Below the pieces are notes generated by a model that worked only from the letters and a program-made list of their open reading frames with translations, was not told where the DNA came from and ran no database searches. Shown here in pieces: positions 31,253 through 41,481 of a stretch of DNA of 64,000 nt (position 1 is its first letter; the number at the start of each line of letters is the position of its first letter). The position numbers and the translations under genes are program-made. Source of the DNA: Candidatus Poribacteria bacterium (lineage in GTDB: Bacteria; Poribacteria; WGA-4E; PCPOR2b); NCBI GenBank assembly GCA_965198175.1, contig OZ240245.1, positions 224,001-288,000 on the forward strand, written 5' to 3'.

Positions 31253-31427
31253 GGTTTTTTTCTCCTTTACGTTAAGCAATGGGGTATACACTATTTGACT
31301 AGCATACACCCCATCTAGTTTAGGGACTAGCCTTGTTTAAGAGCTCCCCACGAAGTGGTTAACGTCCCTTTTTGCTTACGTATTGAAGGTGCTGCTGGTA
31401 CTTCCAACACATCAGTAACCCATCCCT

Positions 31428-32243
31428 TTATTCTTCCCATTCTTCCACACAATCATAGGCGCCTGGGCTGTGTGTGCGGTTGTAATCCCCAATTTGCTCA
31501 TCGGTCGCACGGGGCGCATCGTCAAAATGAACTATCCAATCCTTGTATTTCGGTTCGACAGGCAAACCGTCTGCTTTATCTATCACAATGTAGGCGACAT
31601 GCTCACGCTTGTGCTTGTCCGGAACATCAGGTGTATTCACCTCGCCTTTTTCCACCCAGTCCTCAAGTATCTGATCCAATATAGGAGCGACCATGGGGTG
31701 GTCTAACGGGGCAGCAGGACCGCCAAGGGGACCGCTACTCTCTCCAATGCCTCGTTCAGGTTCCCCTTCGTATAGCTCCAGCAGTATTATGTATTTCGAT
31801 CGCCAGTAGATGACTTTAAGCCCAGTTGGGTCAGGGTCGAATGCGACTTTTACATTATGATTGTTAAACCAAGACGCCACTAAAATTCGACTCCGGTCGT
31901 CATACGTAGCTGCGGGGTGAGGTACATCTTTGGCGCGATTGTATGCCGTCTCCGAGACAGCACGCTGTAAATGCAAGTCAACAACAGAGTGATGGAGGTC
32001 TCCTTGACAGAGATCGTAAATGTATTGAAGGGACGCCTGAAATTCGGGTTCAGTCATGTCCGACTGAAGATTGGCATACCGCTTAGCAAGCGCAAGCGGT
32101 ATGTGTGCAGGGATTTCGTACTGGATTGGTATTTCGGTTTCGCTCTGTACAACGGGCTCATGTTCAATCGGAATTGGCGATTCGGTTTCGCTGCAAGCCA
32201 AGCACATCACTAAAATCGTGGTGAGAATCAATATGCGTGTCAT
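31428..32243 (-). CDS. Orphan lipoprotein
   Basis: AAGGAGG RBS; CLAC lipobox; C-terminal VIDKADGLPVEPKYKDWIVHFDDAPRAT. Confidence 0.8.
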   Translation of the reverse strand: MTRILILTTILVMCLACSETESPIPIEHEPVVQSETEIPIQYEIPAHIPLALAKRYANLQSDMTEPEFQASLQYIYDLCQGDLHHSVVDLHLQRAVSETAYNRAKDVPHPAATYDDRSRILVASWFNNHNVKVAFDPDPTGLKVIYWRSKYIILLELYEGEPERGIGESSGPLGGPAAPLDHPMVAPILDQILEDWVEKGEVNTPDVPDKHKREHVAYIVIDKADGLPVEPKYKDWIVHFDDAPRATDEQIGDYNRTHSPGAYDCVEEWEE

Positions 32244-32370
32244 GACAAATCCTCCTTGTTAGTAGGAAATGGGGAACATCTAACTCATTAGACGTTCCCC
32301 ATCACAATTGAAGTTTATCCATTTTTCATTGATGCCCATACTGAATTAGTTACTTCGAAATGATTGTAGC

Positions 32371-32626
32371 GCAAACTATATGCCAAAACTAATAATACCC
32401 TTTATTTTAAGCTCTGTTTGGACTCGGAAACCCTTATGTACAAAGGGATACGGGCAGTTAGATTTTTTTTCAGTCTGGGACGACAGCGCTCTGACGGGGT
32501 ATGGAAAGGGGTGCGCCACAATTCGGGAAAATTGGGGTCGAGAAGCGAGCGAAGCCTTGCTAGGCAAGGATTTGGGCAATGTGCGCCAAATGTGTGCAAT
32601 AGCGCCAAATGGCACACCCCTTTTGG
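32371..32626 (-). promoter_or_regulatory. Sigma54 promoter plus putative enhancer module, copy 1 (copy 2 at 61991-62253)
   Basis: Minus TGGCATATAGTTTGC at 32371-32385; dyads gcgccaaatgtgtg 32583 and gcgccaaatggcac 32602; colinear homology to copy 2. Confidence 0.7.
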
Positions 32627-33021
32627 TGAGAGGACTTGGCGGTAGGAGAAATCGAGCCGGGTGTCGCTCAAAAAATTTCAGAATAGCTCGTTAAAGGCTC
32701 TTAAAACAAACACAAGGTGTGTTACAGCGATCGAACCGAGTGTAATCAGAACATCTGTTGGCAATTGGAAAGTGGGGAGCGTTGAGCGTAAGGGGTTTGG
32801 AATATGCGAATTGTTGGACTCTCCTTAGAAGCGTTGGGTTTCGCCTTTAGCTCAATTCAAGCTACAAGAGCTTACAAAGCAATACCTCCAGGTGTTCCAC
32901 ACAAAGTCATCAATCATCATAAACAATCCGCAGACGACGAGATTCACTCAAACACGATCGAAGGGCTTTGGTAACTGCTACAGTGGGCATGGTAATGTCA
33001 AGAGAATATCATAACAATCTG

Positions 33022-33318
33022 TCAAATTCCCTCGCTACAGACGCAGGGAATAGATTCACACTTAGGGCATCCATTTGAATAGATCTGCGCGGCGCTTGTG
33101 AGATTGACGTTCAGCAAGCTCGCGAGTGTTGATAACCACGCGAACACATCAGCGAACTCTTCCCGCAGTCGATCGGCGTCTTGAGGTTCACGTCGAATCT
33201 CTTTAGCAAGTTCGCCCACCTCTTCAACAAACCAAACAAATGAGCGGTCCACACCGCGTCTGGCATCCCGATCAAAATAGATTCGTTCAATCAAATTTTG
33301 AAATTCTTCAATGGTCAT
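33022..33318 (-). CDS. MazG-like nucleotide pyrophosphohydrolase
   Basis: WFVEEVGELAK, EEFADVFAWL, C-terminal CPKCESIPCVC; ATGA overlap with prpC stop. Confidence 0.88.
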   Translation of the reverse strand: MTIEEFQNLIERIYFDRDARRGVDRSFVWFVEEVGELAKEIRREPQDADRLREEFADVFAWLSTLASLLNVNLTSAAQIYSNGCPKCESIPCVCSEGI

Positions 33319-34433
33319 CGATCAGCTATTGGCGGAAAGGGTCTGGAATCGGGACCGATGTAATCAGCGCGCGGACGGATGAGTCTGTTATTGCTTCGCT
33401 GCTCTATGGCGTGCGCAGCCCAGCCGGTAACCCGTGACATCACGAAAATCGGAGTAAACATCGGTGTTGGGATACCGCACAGATGATAGGCTGAAGCGCT
33501 GTAGAAATCGAGGTTCGGGAACAACTTCTTTTCGCGCCGCATCACCTGTTCAATACGCTCAGAGATGTCGTATAATTTTGTGTCGCCGCTTCTCTCTGAG
33601 AGTTTCTGCGACCACCCCTTAATGATATCCGAACGTGGGTCAGAGGTCGTGTAGACACGGTGACCGAATCCCATAATCAACGTCTTCTTCGCAAGCATAT
33701 CCAGAATACTGGCTTCGGCTTCGTCCGGTATTTGAAATCGCTCGATTAGCTCCATAGCGGCTTCGTTGGCGCCGCCATGCAGAGGACCGCGCAGCGTACC
33801 GATGGCGGCGGTAATTGCGGAATAAATGTCCGATAGTGTAGAAGTAGCGACGCGTGCGGCAAAGGTTGAAGCGTTAAATTCGTGCTCAGCGTAAAGAATT
33901 AACGACACGTCGACAGCTCTGCGGCTGACTTCATCCGGCGGCTCGCCATGCAACAGATGGAGGAAGTGTCCAGCGATTGTGTCATCATCTGTTTCGGTAT
34001 TGATGCGTACACCGTTCGTTTGGAAATGATACCAATAGAGCAACATCGAACCGAAGCTAGCGACAAGCCGATCCGCGATGTTGAACTGATTGTTTGTCTC
34101 GTTTTCCGGCTCGATTGTGCCCAGCGCAGAACAAGCGGTGCGCATGACATCCATCGGATGCGCATCGCCCGGCAATTGTTCAAGGACAGTTTTGATTCCG
34201 GCGGGCAGACCGCGCATACTTGCCAGCCGCTCTTTGTAATCGTCGAACTCGGACTGCGTGGGCAATGTGCCGTGAATCAACAAATAAGCAACTTCCTCAA
34301 AGGTCGCATGCTCCGCTAAACCGTGAATAGAATAACCCCGGTAATTGAGTCCTATGCCCTCTACCCCTACTGTACAAATTGCAGTTTCGCCGGCATTGAC
34401 GCCAGCTAAACCTCCCGTTTTTTTAGTTTTCAT
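33315..34433 (-). CDS. prpC: 2-methylcitrate synthase
   Basis: [56 protein letters not shown]; follows prpB. Confidence 0.93.
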   Translation of the reverse strand: MKTKKTGGLAGVNAGETAICTVGVEGIGLNYRGYSIHGLAEHATFEEVAYLLIHGTLPTQSEFDDYKERLASMRGLPAGIKTVLEQLPGDAHPMDVMRTACSALGTIEPENETNNQFNIADRLVASFGSMLLYWYHFQTNGVRINTETDDDTIAGHFLHLLHGEPPDEVSRRAVDVSLILYAEHEFNASTFAARVATSTLSDIYSAITAAIGTLRGPLHGGANEAAMELIERFQIPDEAEASILDMLAKKTLIMGFGHRVYTTSDPRSDIIKGWSQKLSERSGDTKLYDISERIEQVMRREKKLFPNLDFYSASAYHLCGIPTPMFTPIFVMSRVTGWAAHAIEQRSNNRLIRPRADYIGPDSRPFPPIADR

Positions 34434-35346
34434 TGGGTTCCCCCTTATTGAGAATGCTAGCTGTTCGCTCTGCGTTTAATAGATTATCGAGTTTCTGCTC
34501 GTATTCGTCATAGTTTAGAAACTCATACAATTCCGATCGCGTTTGCATGTTATGCACCACGTCGCTCTGTGTCCCCTGTTGGCGTATGGTTCGATACACA
34601 TTGAGCGCAGCCGCACTCATTGCACGAAACGCAGATAGCGGATAGAGCGCTAAGCTCACCCCAGACCCTTTGAGTTCCTCCGTCGTGTACAGTGGCGTCT
34701 TGCCGAACTCCGTCATATTCGCCAAGATGGGAATTTCAACGGCATCGGCAAACTGACGATACTGACTGAGTTCCGCCAAGGCTTCGGCGAAAATCATATC
34801 CGCGCCCGCCTCCTTATAACAACATGCACGTTCGATGGTTTGGTCCAATCCTTCGACAGCAAGCGCATCGGTTCGCGCCATCAGTACAAAGTCTGGATCT
34901 GTCTTCGCATCTACGGCGGCTTTAATTCGATTCGCCATTTCTGCTGTACTCACAATTTCCTTGTTAGGACGGTGACCACAACGCTTCGCTTGCACCTGGT
35001 CCTCAATGTGTATCCCGGCGGCGCCAGCCTTAATCATCTGCCGGACGGTTCGAGCAATCATGAACGCGTTGCCCCAGCCGGTATCCGCATCAACCAGAAG
35101 CGGGAGTCCTGTCGCGCTGGTTATGCGGCGCACATCTTCCAGCACATCGCTCAAGGTAGTCATGCCTAAATCGGGCAGTCCGAAAGAGGCGTTTGCGACA
35201 CCACCGCCAGAAAGATAGATCGCCCGAAATCCCACGCGCTCCGCCATCAAAGCAGCGTAGGCGTTGATGACGCCGACGACTTTCAAAGGGGTTTCCAAAG
35301 ATAATGCCTCGCGGAAACGACCCCCTGCTGAAGATGTTTGGATCAT
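34423..35346 (-). CDS. prpB: 2-methylisocitrate lyase
   Basis: [48 protein letters not shown]. Confidence 0.96.
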   Translation of the reverse strand: MIQTSSAGGRFREALSLETPLKVVGVINAYAALMAERVGFRAIYLSGGGVANASFGLPDLGMTTLSDVLEDVRRITSATGLPLLVDADTGWGNAFMIARTVRQMIKAGAAGIHIEDQVQAKRCGHRPNKEIVSTAEMANRIKAAVDAKTDPDFVLMARTDALAVEGLDQTIERACCYKEAGADMIFAEALAELSQYRQFADAVEIPILANMTEFGKTPLYTTEELKGSGVSLALYPLSAFRAMSAAALNVYRTIRQQGTQSDVVHNMQTRSELYEFLNYDEYEQKLDNLLNAERTASILNKGEPNEN

Positions 35347-35386
35347 ATTGCATCTCCCTGAAATGTGATGCGATCAACCGACCGGT

Positions 35387-35415
35387 ATTATAATCTAAAA
35401 TGCCATGCCTGTCAA
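35387..35415 (-). promoter_or_regulatory. Consensus sigma70 promoter of prpB-prpC-mazG
   Basis: Minus strand TTGACA-17nt-TATAAT. Confidence 0.8.
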
Positions 35416-35498
35416 TTGATGCAAATAGATCTTTTTTTGATGCCGGACTACAACAAACCCATCCACCTCATAGCAACCGCATTACAGCCGAACCTTAA

Positions 35499-37778
35499 TT
35501 ACCTGACATGACTAATCTTCCCAATATTCTGAATTGACTCGCCTGCCTCCGTGGCAGATATAACGTAAATATAAATGCCGCCGGCAATTGTGTTGCCTTG
35601 ACTGTTTTTTCCATCCCAGCGGAATTGTTTGGATCCAATTACATTCTGATGAGAATCTGTGAAAATAAAATCGCCAGCAATGGTATAAATCGAGAGCTCG
35701 ACTTCGTCGGCAAGTTGGAAGCCGGGGATGGTGTAGGCAAAAATCACATCGGCGTGCCCCGCGGGAATAGGATTTGGAGAAACGCGAATACTATCATCGA
35801 ATTGCCTCCGCATCAATTTCAACGTCCCAGATTCTATCCGAACCGCATCGGCAGTCAGGCGATAGGAATTTGTACTGCTGAAGCCAAAACGAGACTCGAC
35901 AGAAATGTAAAGCGTGGAAATCCGATCCGGTAGATAGATAATCTGTTGTTCGGTCCCTTCCACCTTTTCCGCTTCTGCAACCGCGGCGCCTTTTGCATCA
36001 AGCAGGGATAATCGGTAATCAACTCCTTCGGGAATATTCGTCAGGGTGATGACCACCGCTTGTCCCTCTGCAACATCGAATTGATACAAATCTCGCGGGT
36101 CATCTGCATCGAAAATGAAAGATTCGTAAGTTTGCAGCAACTCGATCGGGAAGGCATCGGTGAGCGTATCGTTAGGTTCATAGGTATCGCCAAACGAGAC
36201 CGAAATCGACATCGTCTGCCCCTCAAAGCCGATGTTCGTGATGAAAATCCCTGAAAAGGCGCCATCATTCGAATTTGTGTTCGGATGAGTCGTTGGCGTG
36301 AAGCTAGTTTGGTTGTCGTTAGCCGAATATGCCGCCCCGTCTGTAATTAACCTGATATCCGAGAGCGCGTCCGGATTTTTAGGATCGACGCCGATGTGTT
36401 CGGGATCGTTGGGATCTTCCAGCCAGATTTGCTGAGCTGCATTAACACTCCCAAGGGGTCGCGTCTGGGTTTCATCAATGTGCCAGATGAGGATTCCGGA
36501 CTCAGGCAAGTGCGTATCAAACGTCGCTCCGGATTCTTGATAACGGTTCTCAATGAGGAAGAATTCTGCACGATTCCCGGAGGTCTCAACACTGCTGGAA
36601 ATATCAACTCTGAAGAGCTTGTCTTGGCTAGGCGGTAACTCAAAACTCGGTATCTGCAAGTTGTTCACATTCTTGCTAATCTCAACCGGTTGAATCCAGC
36701 CCTTCCGCCCATTCTCGGGACGGGCATCGAAGTCCCATTTCAAGTAACCCATGATATGGCTCGGTCGCAAACCATCGCCAACACCGTCAATCATATCTCC
36801 TTGGTAAGGACCATAGAGGCTCATCAATCCCCATTTGTGATCGTGAGCACCTGTTGCCCCCGGGTTGTATACATCGGGAGCACCGAAATCGTGGAAGAAT
36901 TCATGAAAGTAAATACCGAGATGGGGCTTATTGAAACTCGGCTCTTCGGCAACGATGACAGCAGTATCTACAAGCACCCCATCAAATCGCCGATTGACGC
37001 CGCTCGCCAATATTGACCAGATGTTTGGTCCTACAATTCCCCTGAATGTTGAAGCCTCATCATCGCCGGCGTGAATCACAAAAACGTGATCCACCACCCC
37101 ATCTTTGTCACGATCATACTGGGAAAAGTCAACAATTTCATCTACCCCCGCACACGCCTCTCGAACCAGTTCCTGTAACCGGTTGTGGTTAATCCGCCCT
37201 TGTCCGTAATATCCCATCGGACGCGCCGCACGAACCCATTGATTACCATTGGGAACGACGACGCCCATCGGTCCGGACTCGATATTCATCTGTCCGTAAG
37301 AAACCTCACGGTAGTAAGTTTTTAACGAGACCCCTTCGTCCGCAAAAAGAAATTGATCAAAGTCTTTTCCCGGTCGTCTCCCGCGCTGATCATCAAAGTC
37401 AATCTTGATAGCAATGATATACTCAATCCCGTCAGTCTGTAAGATGCTCGTTGCACGCGCTTGGCAACAGTCCTGTAAGCTGCCTACAAATGCGGTAGCG
37501 TCCATCCCCGGCTTTACCGTCCACTCGCTGGTAGCAGGGTGATAATCGAAAAATAGATTTGCGTTCGGCGGAGCTGCAACACTATGAAGGCACCATGATA
37601 AAAATATAAAAATTCCTAAACCGAGAAACGCCGGACGATCAAGCGAACGGATAGTGAGTGCGATAGTTTTTACAGCTTCGAAGACTATCGCCTTCGCTGT
37701 TCGCTCAGTTGATCGCTCACTACTGTCGGTTAGAACTATCGCCCTCCCTATTCGGTCGGTTGATCCCTTATTTTTCAA
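35499..37778 (-). CDS. M6 family (InhA-like) secreted metalloprotease with PPC-like and FlgD-like C-terminal domains
   Basis: YYREVSYG, DFSQYDRDKDGVVD..IHAG, HEFFHDFGAPD, EFFLIENR, GILIWHIDE, DTYEPND, WDGKNSQG..IAGGIYIY; GGAG-7nt-TTG start. Confidence 0.9.
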   Translation of the reverse strand: MKNKGSTDRIGRAIVLTDSSERSTERTAKAIVFEAVKTIALTIRSLDRPAFLGLGIFIFLSWCLHSVAAPPNANLFFDYHPATSEWTVKPGMDATAFVGSLQDCCQARATSILQTDGIEYIIAIKIDFDDQRGRRPGKDFDQFLFADEGVSLKTYYREVSYGQMNIESGPMGVVVPNGNQWVRAARPMGYYGQGRINHNRLQELVREACAGVDEIVDFSQYDRDKDGVVDHVFVIHAGDDEASTFRGIVGPNIWSILASGVNRRFDGVLVDTAVIVAEEPSFNKPHLGIYFHEFFHDFGAPDVYNPGATGAHDHKWGLMSLYGPYQGDMIDGVGDGLRPSHIMGYLKWDFDARPENGRKGWIQPVEISKNVNNLQIPSFELPPSQDKLFRVDISSSVETSGNRAEFFLIENRYQESGATFDTHLPESGILIWHIDETQTRPLGSVNAAQQIWLEDPNDPEHIGVDPKNPDALSDIRLITDGAAYSANDNQTSFTPTTHPNTNSNDGAFSGIFITNIGFEGQTMSISVSFGDTYEPNDTLTDAFPIELLQTYESFIFDADDPRDLYQFDVAEGQAVVITLTNIPEGVDYRLSLLDAKGAAVAEAEKVEGTEQQIIYLPDRISTLYISVESRFGFSSTNSYRLTADAVRIESGTLKLMRRQFDDSIRVSPNPIPAGHADVIFAYTIPGFQLADEVELSIYTIAGDFIFTDSHQNVIGSKQFRWDGKNSQGNTIAGGIYIYVISATEAGESIQNIGKISHVR
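37637..37765. repeat. Three GATCAA..GCGATAGT units (+,-,-) inside the 5' end of the M6 protease ORF
   Basis: Units 37637-37667, 37684-37714, 37735-37765; total 129 nt = 43 codons. Confidence 0.85.
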
Positions 37779-38054
37779 TATTTGACTCCGCCGCCGAAAA
37801 CGTGCAATCGCAGTTGAGTATTTTGTACTGATGTGCGACGTGTTAGAAATCGCTGCAACATTTTTTTTGCTTGCAATCGCATTATAGATCTGTCATAATA
37901 AGGAACGTGAGGATAAAGAGTTAAACGTTATTTCGTCCCTCGCTTGCTAGCTTTTTCGCTCATTCCTGGGTTCACATTTTTCTGATATTCCAACGAATCC
38001 ATCGCAATCATCTATTACCTGTTGAAGCTGTTTTCTTCTCTGGAGGAGCTAAAC

Positions 38055-38825
38055 ATGTTAACACACGATTATCACATTCATACAAATCTCTCCCCCTGCG
38101 CAGATAAAAATTTTGATTTAGACAAAATCATTCAAATTCAGCAGGAGCACGGTATAAAAGAGGTCGGCATCACAGATCACGACTACAGTTACAATCATAA
38201 AGTCAAAAACATCGAAACTGCGAGAAACGCGATTAAACCGTATGAAGGTTCAATTACCGTTCATTTGGGCGTTGAATCTCACATGCTCGAATATCGCGTC
38301 GCCTCGATCGATATTCAACTCGCCGCACATTTCGACTATGTTTTGATGGCGCCAAACCATTATCATCTACGGGGTGTTGCAGCCCCTGATGATTTGCAGC
38401 ATCCGATAAAAGTTGCGATTCATGAGATATACATGTTTGAAGCCGCAATCGCATGTCCACTGACGGATGCGGTCGCCCACCCGTTTGTGCTAATGCCGAA
38501 CGTCTTTCGTTTGTCCCCAGATGAACTAAAGGCATTCAGTGAAGAGGTCACACGGAACATTGACAAAAAGCGGTTAATTTCTCAGTTGGACCTCGCATCT
38601 CATCGGGGTACGGGGATTGAGATGAGTCCGAAATTTGTCCGCTATAATCAATGGCATCTGCTAGAGTTTTATCAGTTGTGCCTTGAGCGAGGCGCAAAAC
38701 TCTTCATTGGCAGCGATGCACACAACGATGAGGAATTGGCGGAATTGGCGGTACTCGAACCGGTCTTGAAACAGCTCGGCGTCCGAGAAGAGCATCTTTG
38801 GCGTCCGAAGGAATGGCGATGGTGA
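38055..38825 (+). CDS. PHP-domain phosphoesterase-like protein
   Basis: GGAGGA RBS; DYHIHT, GITDH, AVAHP, IGSDAH. Confidence 0.9.
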   Translation: MLTHDYHIHTNLSPCADKNFDLDKIIQIQQEHGIKEVGITDHDYSYNHKVKNIETARNAIKPYEGSITVHLGVESHMLEYRVASIDIQLAAHFDYVLMAPNHYHLRGVAAPDDLQHPIKVAIHEIYMFEAAIACPLTDAVAHPFVLMPNVFRLSPDELKAFSEEVTRNIDKKRLISQLDLASHRGTGIEMSPKFVRYNQWHLLEFYQLCLERGAKLFIGSDAHNDEELAELAVLEPVLKQLGVREEHLWRPKEWRW

Positions 38826-38864
38826 TTCTGAGAGGATTCCATAGGCGTTGCAAACGCTGACAAG

Positions 38865-39791
38865 TCATGACGCCAAGAATTCGCTAATCTGCTTTGCCGT
38901 TGGCATTGATGGAGCCGCACCAAGCGCCGTTACGGCGAGCGCCCCAGCCGCATTCGCAAAGACAACCGCATCCTCAAGTGCTTCACCCCGTGCGAGCGCT
39001 GTTCCCAAGGCGCCGCAAAAGGCGTCACCCGCCGCTGTTGTATCAACAACGTTGACATTGTACGCCGGGATGCGCGTTGTCATCTCTCGCTTGAACAACA
39101 GTGCCCCACTATCGCCAAGCGTCAAAATCACGGCAGAAACGCCCTTATCAAGCAAGATTCGAGCTGCACGTTCAGCGCTTTCCGAGTCTGAAACATCCAC
39201 CCCGGAAAGGAACTCCGTTTCAACTTGGTTAGGTGTGAGTATGTCAACTTGAGCGAGGAAACTGTCGGGCAAGTCTCGCGCAGGCGCCGGGTTCAGGATG
39301 ACCTTCGCTCCACTCGATTTGGCGATTTCTGCAGCGCGTTGTGATGCCGCAATTGGGACCTCCAACTGTAGGAGCAGGACATCAGAATCGGAAATCGCTG
39401 ATGCGGCTCGCTCCACATCCGCAGCGCTTAAACGCATATTCGCGCGCGGCACAATGATTATGCTGTTATCCCCATCTGCATCAATGACCGGCGAGCCAAC
39501 ACCAGTACCCACTTCAGCATCTCTAACGATAAAGCGAGTCTCGACCCCTTCTTCAACGAGCGCACCTATCAAAGTATCTCCAAAGGAATCCCTCCCTAAC
39601 CGACCAACCATCGTCACATCCCCTCCCAACCGCGCCGCAGCAATTGCCTGATTGTTCCCTTTCCCGCCGCCAAACATCCCAAACTGCTGTCCGATAAGTG
39701 TCTCACCCTTTTGCGGCCGCCGCTCGGCTTTTATTACAAGATCCATCATAAAACTGCCTACCACAACAACCTTGGGTTTGCGCTCGTTCAT
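38865..39791 (-). CDS. rbsK: Ribokinase (PfkB family)
   Basis: VVVGSFMMDL, GGKGNNQAIAAARLG, LQLEVP, LNPAPA, VDTTAAGDAFCG. Confidence 0.93.
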   Translation of the reverse strand: MNERKPKVVVVGSFMMDLVIKAERRPQKGETLIGQQFGMFGGGKGNNQAIAAARLGGDVTMVGRLGRDSFGDTLIGALVEEGVETRFIVRDAEVGTGVGSPVIDADGDNSIIIVPRANMRLSAADVERAASAISDSDVLLLQLEVPIAASQRAAEIAKSSGAKVILNPAPARDLPDSFLAQVDILTPNQVETEFLSGVDVSDSESAERAARILLDKGVSAVILTLGDSGALLFKREMTTRIPAYNVNVVDTTAAGDAFCGALGTALARGEALEDAVVFANAAGALAVTALGAAPSMPTAKQISEFLAS

Positions 39792-39856
39792 ACGAATTGT
39801 CCCATGTGCATTTGTAGGATCTCCCCTCTACTTCTGTAGACACGGCATAGGGCAAG

Positions 39857-39885
39857 ATTATAGTCGAGTCGTCTACCTTTGTCAA
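39857..39885 (-). promoter_or_regulatory. Consensus sigma70 promoter of rbsK
   Basis: Minus strand TTGACA-17nt-TATAAT. Confidence 0.75.
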
Positions 39886-39985
39886 TGGTTAGCTTCCTGT
39901 CTTTGCCAAACGCCTTGTTAATACTTCGTGCGACTCATCCAAAATATTTGGTATGAGCCAATCCCGAAAAAAGTTCAAAAAACTC

Positions 39986-40059
39986 TTGACACAATATATC
40001 AACGTGCTAAAATAAGGATATTTTGTGTTATCCATAATATTTATCGCAATATATTGGGG
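39986..40059 (+). promoter_or_regulatory. nrdR promoter with NrdR-box-like sites
   Basis: TTGACA 39986-39991, TGn-TAAAAT 40005-40013; boxes acacaatatatcaacg 39989, taaggatattttgtgt 40013, tcgcaatatattgggg 40044. Confidence 0.75.
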
Positions 40060-40064
40060 CTCTT

Positions 40065-40547
40065 ATGAAGTGTCCATATTGTGAAAGACCAGTAACGAAA
40101 GTCCTTGATAAGCGGGAAACCGACGCGGGACACATCACTCGTAGGCGGCGAGAGTGCCTGAGTTGCGCCAGGCGGTTTACAACTTATGAGCGAGCCGAGG
40201 TGCTGAATCTTTTCATCATCAAGAAGGATAAGCGTCGAGAAGCCTTTGATCGGCAAAAACTCAAACGTAATTTGATGAAGGCTTGTGAAAAACGCCCTAT
40301 CAGCCATGAAACTATCGATCACCTAATTGCAAATATTGAGCAGGAACTCATCAATATGCGCAAGTCGGAAATTGAAAGCCGCCTGCTCGGCGAATTAGTC
40401 ATGGCGGCGCTCAAGGATTTCGATAAAGTAGCGTATATCCGATTCGCCTCCGTCTATCGAGACTTCAAAGACGTGGAAGATTTTGAGAAGGAACTTCGGG
40501 AATTGATCGAGAACGAGAAAACGAAGGAAATTGACAATCTAAGTTGA
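40065..40547 (+). CDS. nrdR: Transcriptional repressor NrdR
   Basis: MKCPYC, RRRRECLSCARRFTTYE, ATP cone, DKVAYIRFASVYRDF. Confidence 0.98.
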   Translation: MKCPYCERPVTKVLDKRETDAGHITRRRRECLSCARRFTTYERAEVLNLFIIKKDKRREAFDRQKLKRNLMKACEKRPISHETIDHLIANIEQELINMRKSEIESRLLGELVMAALKDFDKVAYIRFASVYRDFKDVEDFEKELRELIENEKTKEIDNLS

Positions 40548-40562
40548 AGGGAGGATTCCAAA

Positions 40563-40784
40563 ATGTTATTGCGCGATCCCATAGAGGAAATGCGCGAACA
40601 ACTCGCGGAATCAAGGCGAAAGATGGCACCGCTAAATAGAAAGCGGATGGAAACGATGCAACAAGAGTATCGTGAAGCGTCTAACCCGAAAGTCAAGAAA
40701 ATGTATAGACAACGCATAGCTAAGCAAGCTAAGAGCATTGAAGAACTTGAGAGATTACTCAATGACGCGACGTTTGAGAAATAG
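40563..40784 (+). CDS. Small helical hypothetical protein
   Basis: 73 aa, GGGAGGA RBS, directly after nrdR. Confidence 0.65.
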   Translation: MLLRDPIEEMREQLAESRRKMAPLNRKRMETMQQEYREASNPKVKKMYRQRIAKQAKSIEELERLLNDATFEK

Positions 40785-40786
40785 TA

Positions 40787-41481
40787 GTGGGCTGGATTGA
40801 ACGATACTGAAACCCAACTTCCTAATCAACAATCTGTAAGTTTGCTATAAACAAAGTCTTACGCCGGCATAATTCACAAATCAGGAGCAGTTACACGACG
40901 TAAATAAAATCGAAACGATGTAATTGGTGTAATTCACAAATCGCCGAATCCGCTCCAGAACTAGCTGTCAGCGATTCAGGAATTACACCGGTGTAATTCG
41001 GTGTAATCGAAGCATCGCCTCCACACCCGATTATTGGCGGGTCCGTAGGTCTGAATGCTGGGTTTCACTATAACGATTTATAACGCGGCGTTGCTGCGCC
41101 GCTAAACCTCTATCGTCTTGAAAAGTAGTCGTAGCCTGGGTTGAACGACAATGAGACCCGACCTCTTAATCAGTAATCCGCAATATTACTATAACAATAG
41201 AATTACGCTTTTACAATTCACCAATCAGGAGCAGCCACGCGAGGTAAAAATCCGAAACGATGTAATTCTCGAATCCCCGGATCCGCTCCGGAAGTAGCTT
41301 ATAGCGATTCGAAAATTACACCGGTGTAATCGAAACATCGCCCCTACACCCGATTATGAACGTGTCCGTGGGTCTGAACGTTGGGTTTTACTGTAACGAT
41401 TTATAACGCGGCGTTGTTGCGTCGCTGAATCTTTGTCCTCTTGGATAGAGATTAATGCTTTACCGTACAATCCCACCTATG
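40787..41481. repeat. Two tandem ~344-bp REPIN-like units
   Basis: Units start 40787 and 41131 (gt.g.ctgg.ttgaacga.a.tga.accc.ac); share aatcaggagcag, aattacaccggtgtaat, taacgatttataacgcggcgttg. Confidence 0.85.

Noticed and set aside
32410..32626. CRISPR leader (cctt-N-aagg dyads resemble some leader motifs)
   Set aside because: No repeat-spacer array next to either copy; sigma54 architecture explains it better.
32376..32694. Overlapping short ORFs here and at 61921-62295, 41433-41777, 46968-47357, 49479-49712
   Set aside because: They are translations of repeat or regulatory DNA, without RBS or protein-like features.
40787..41481. CRISPR array or cobalamin riboswitch before nrdJ
   Set aside because: Only two long units with homologous interiors rather than unique spacers; no recognisable B12-box.
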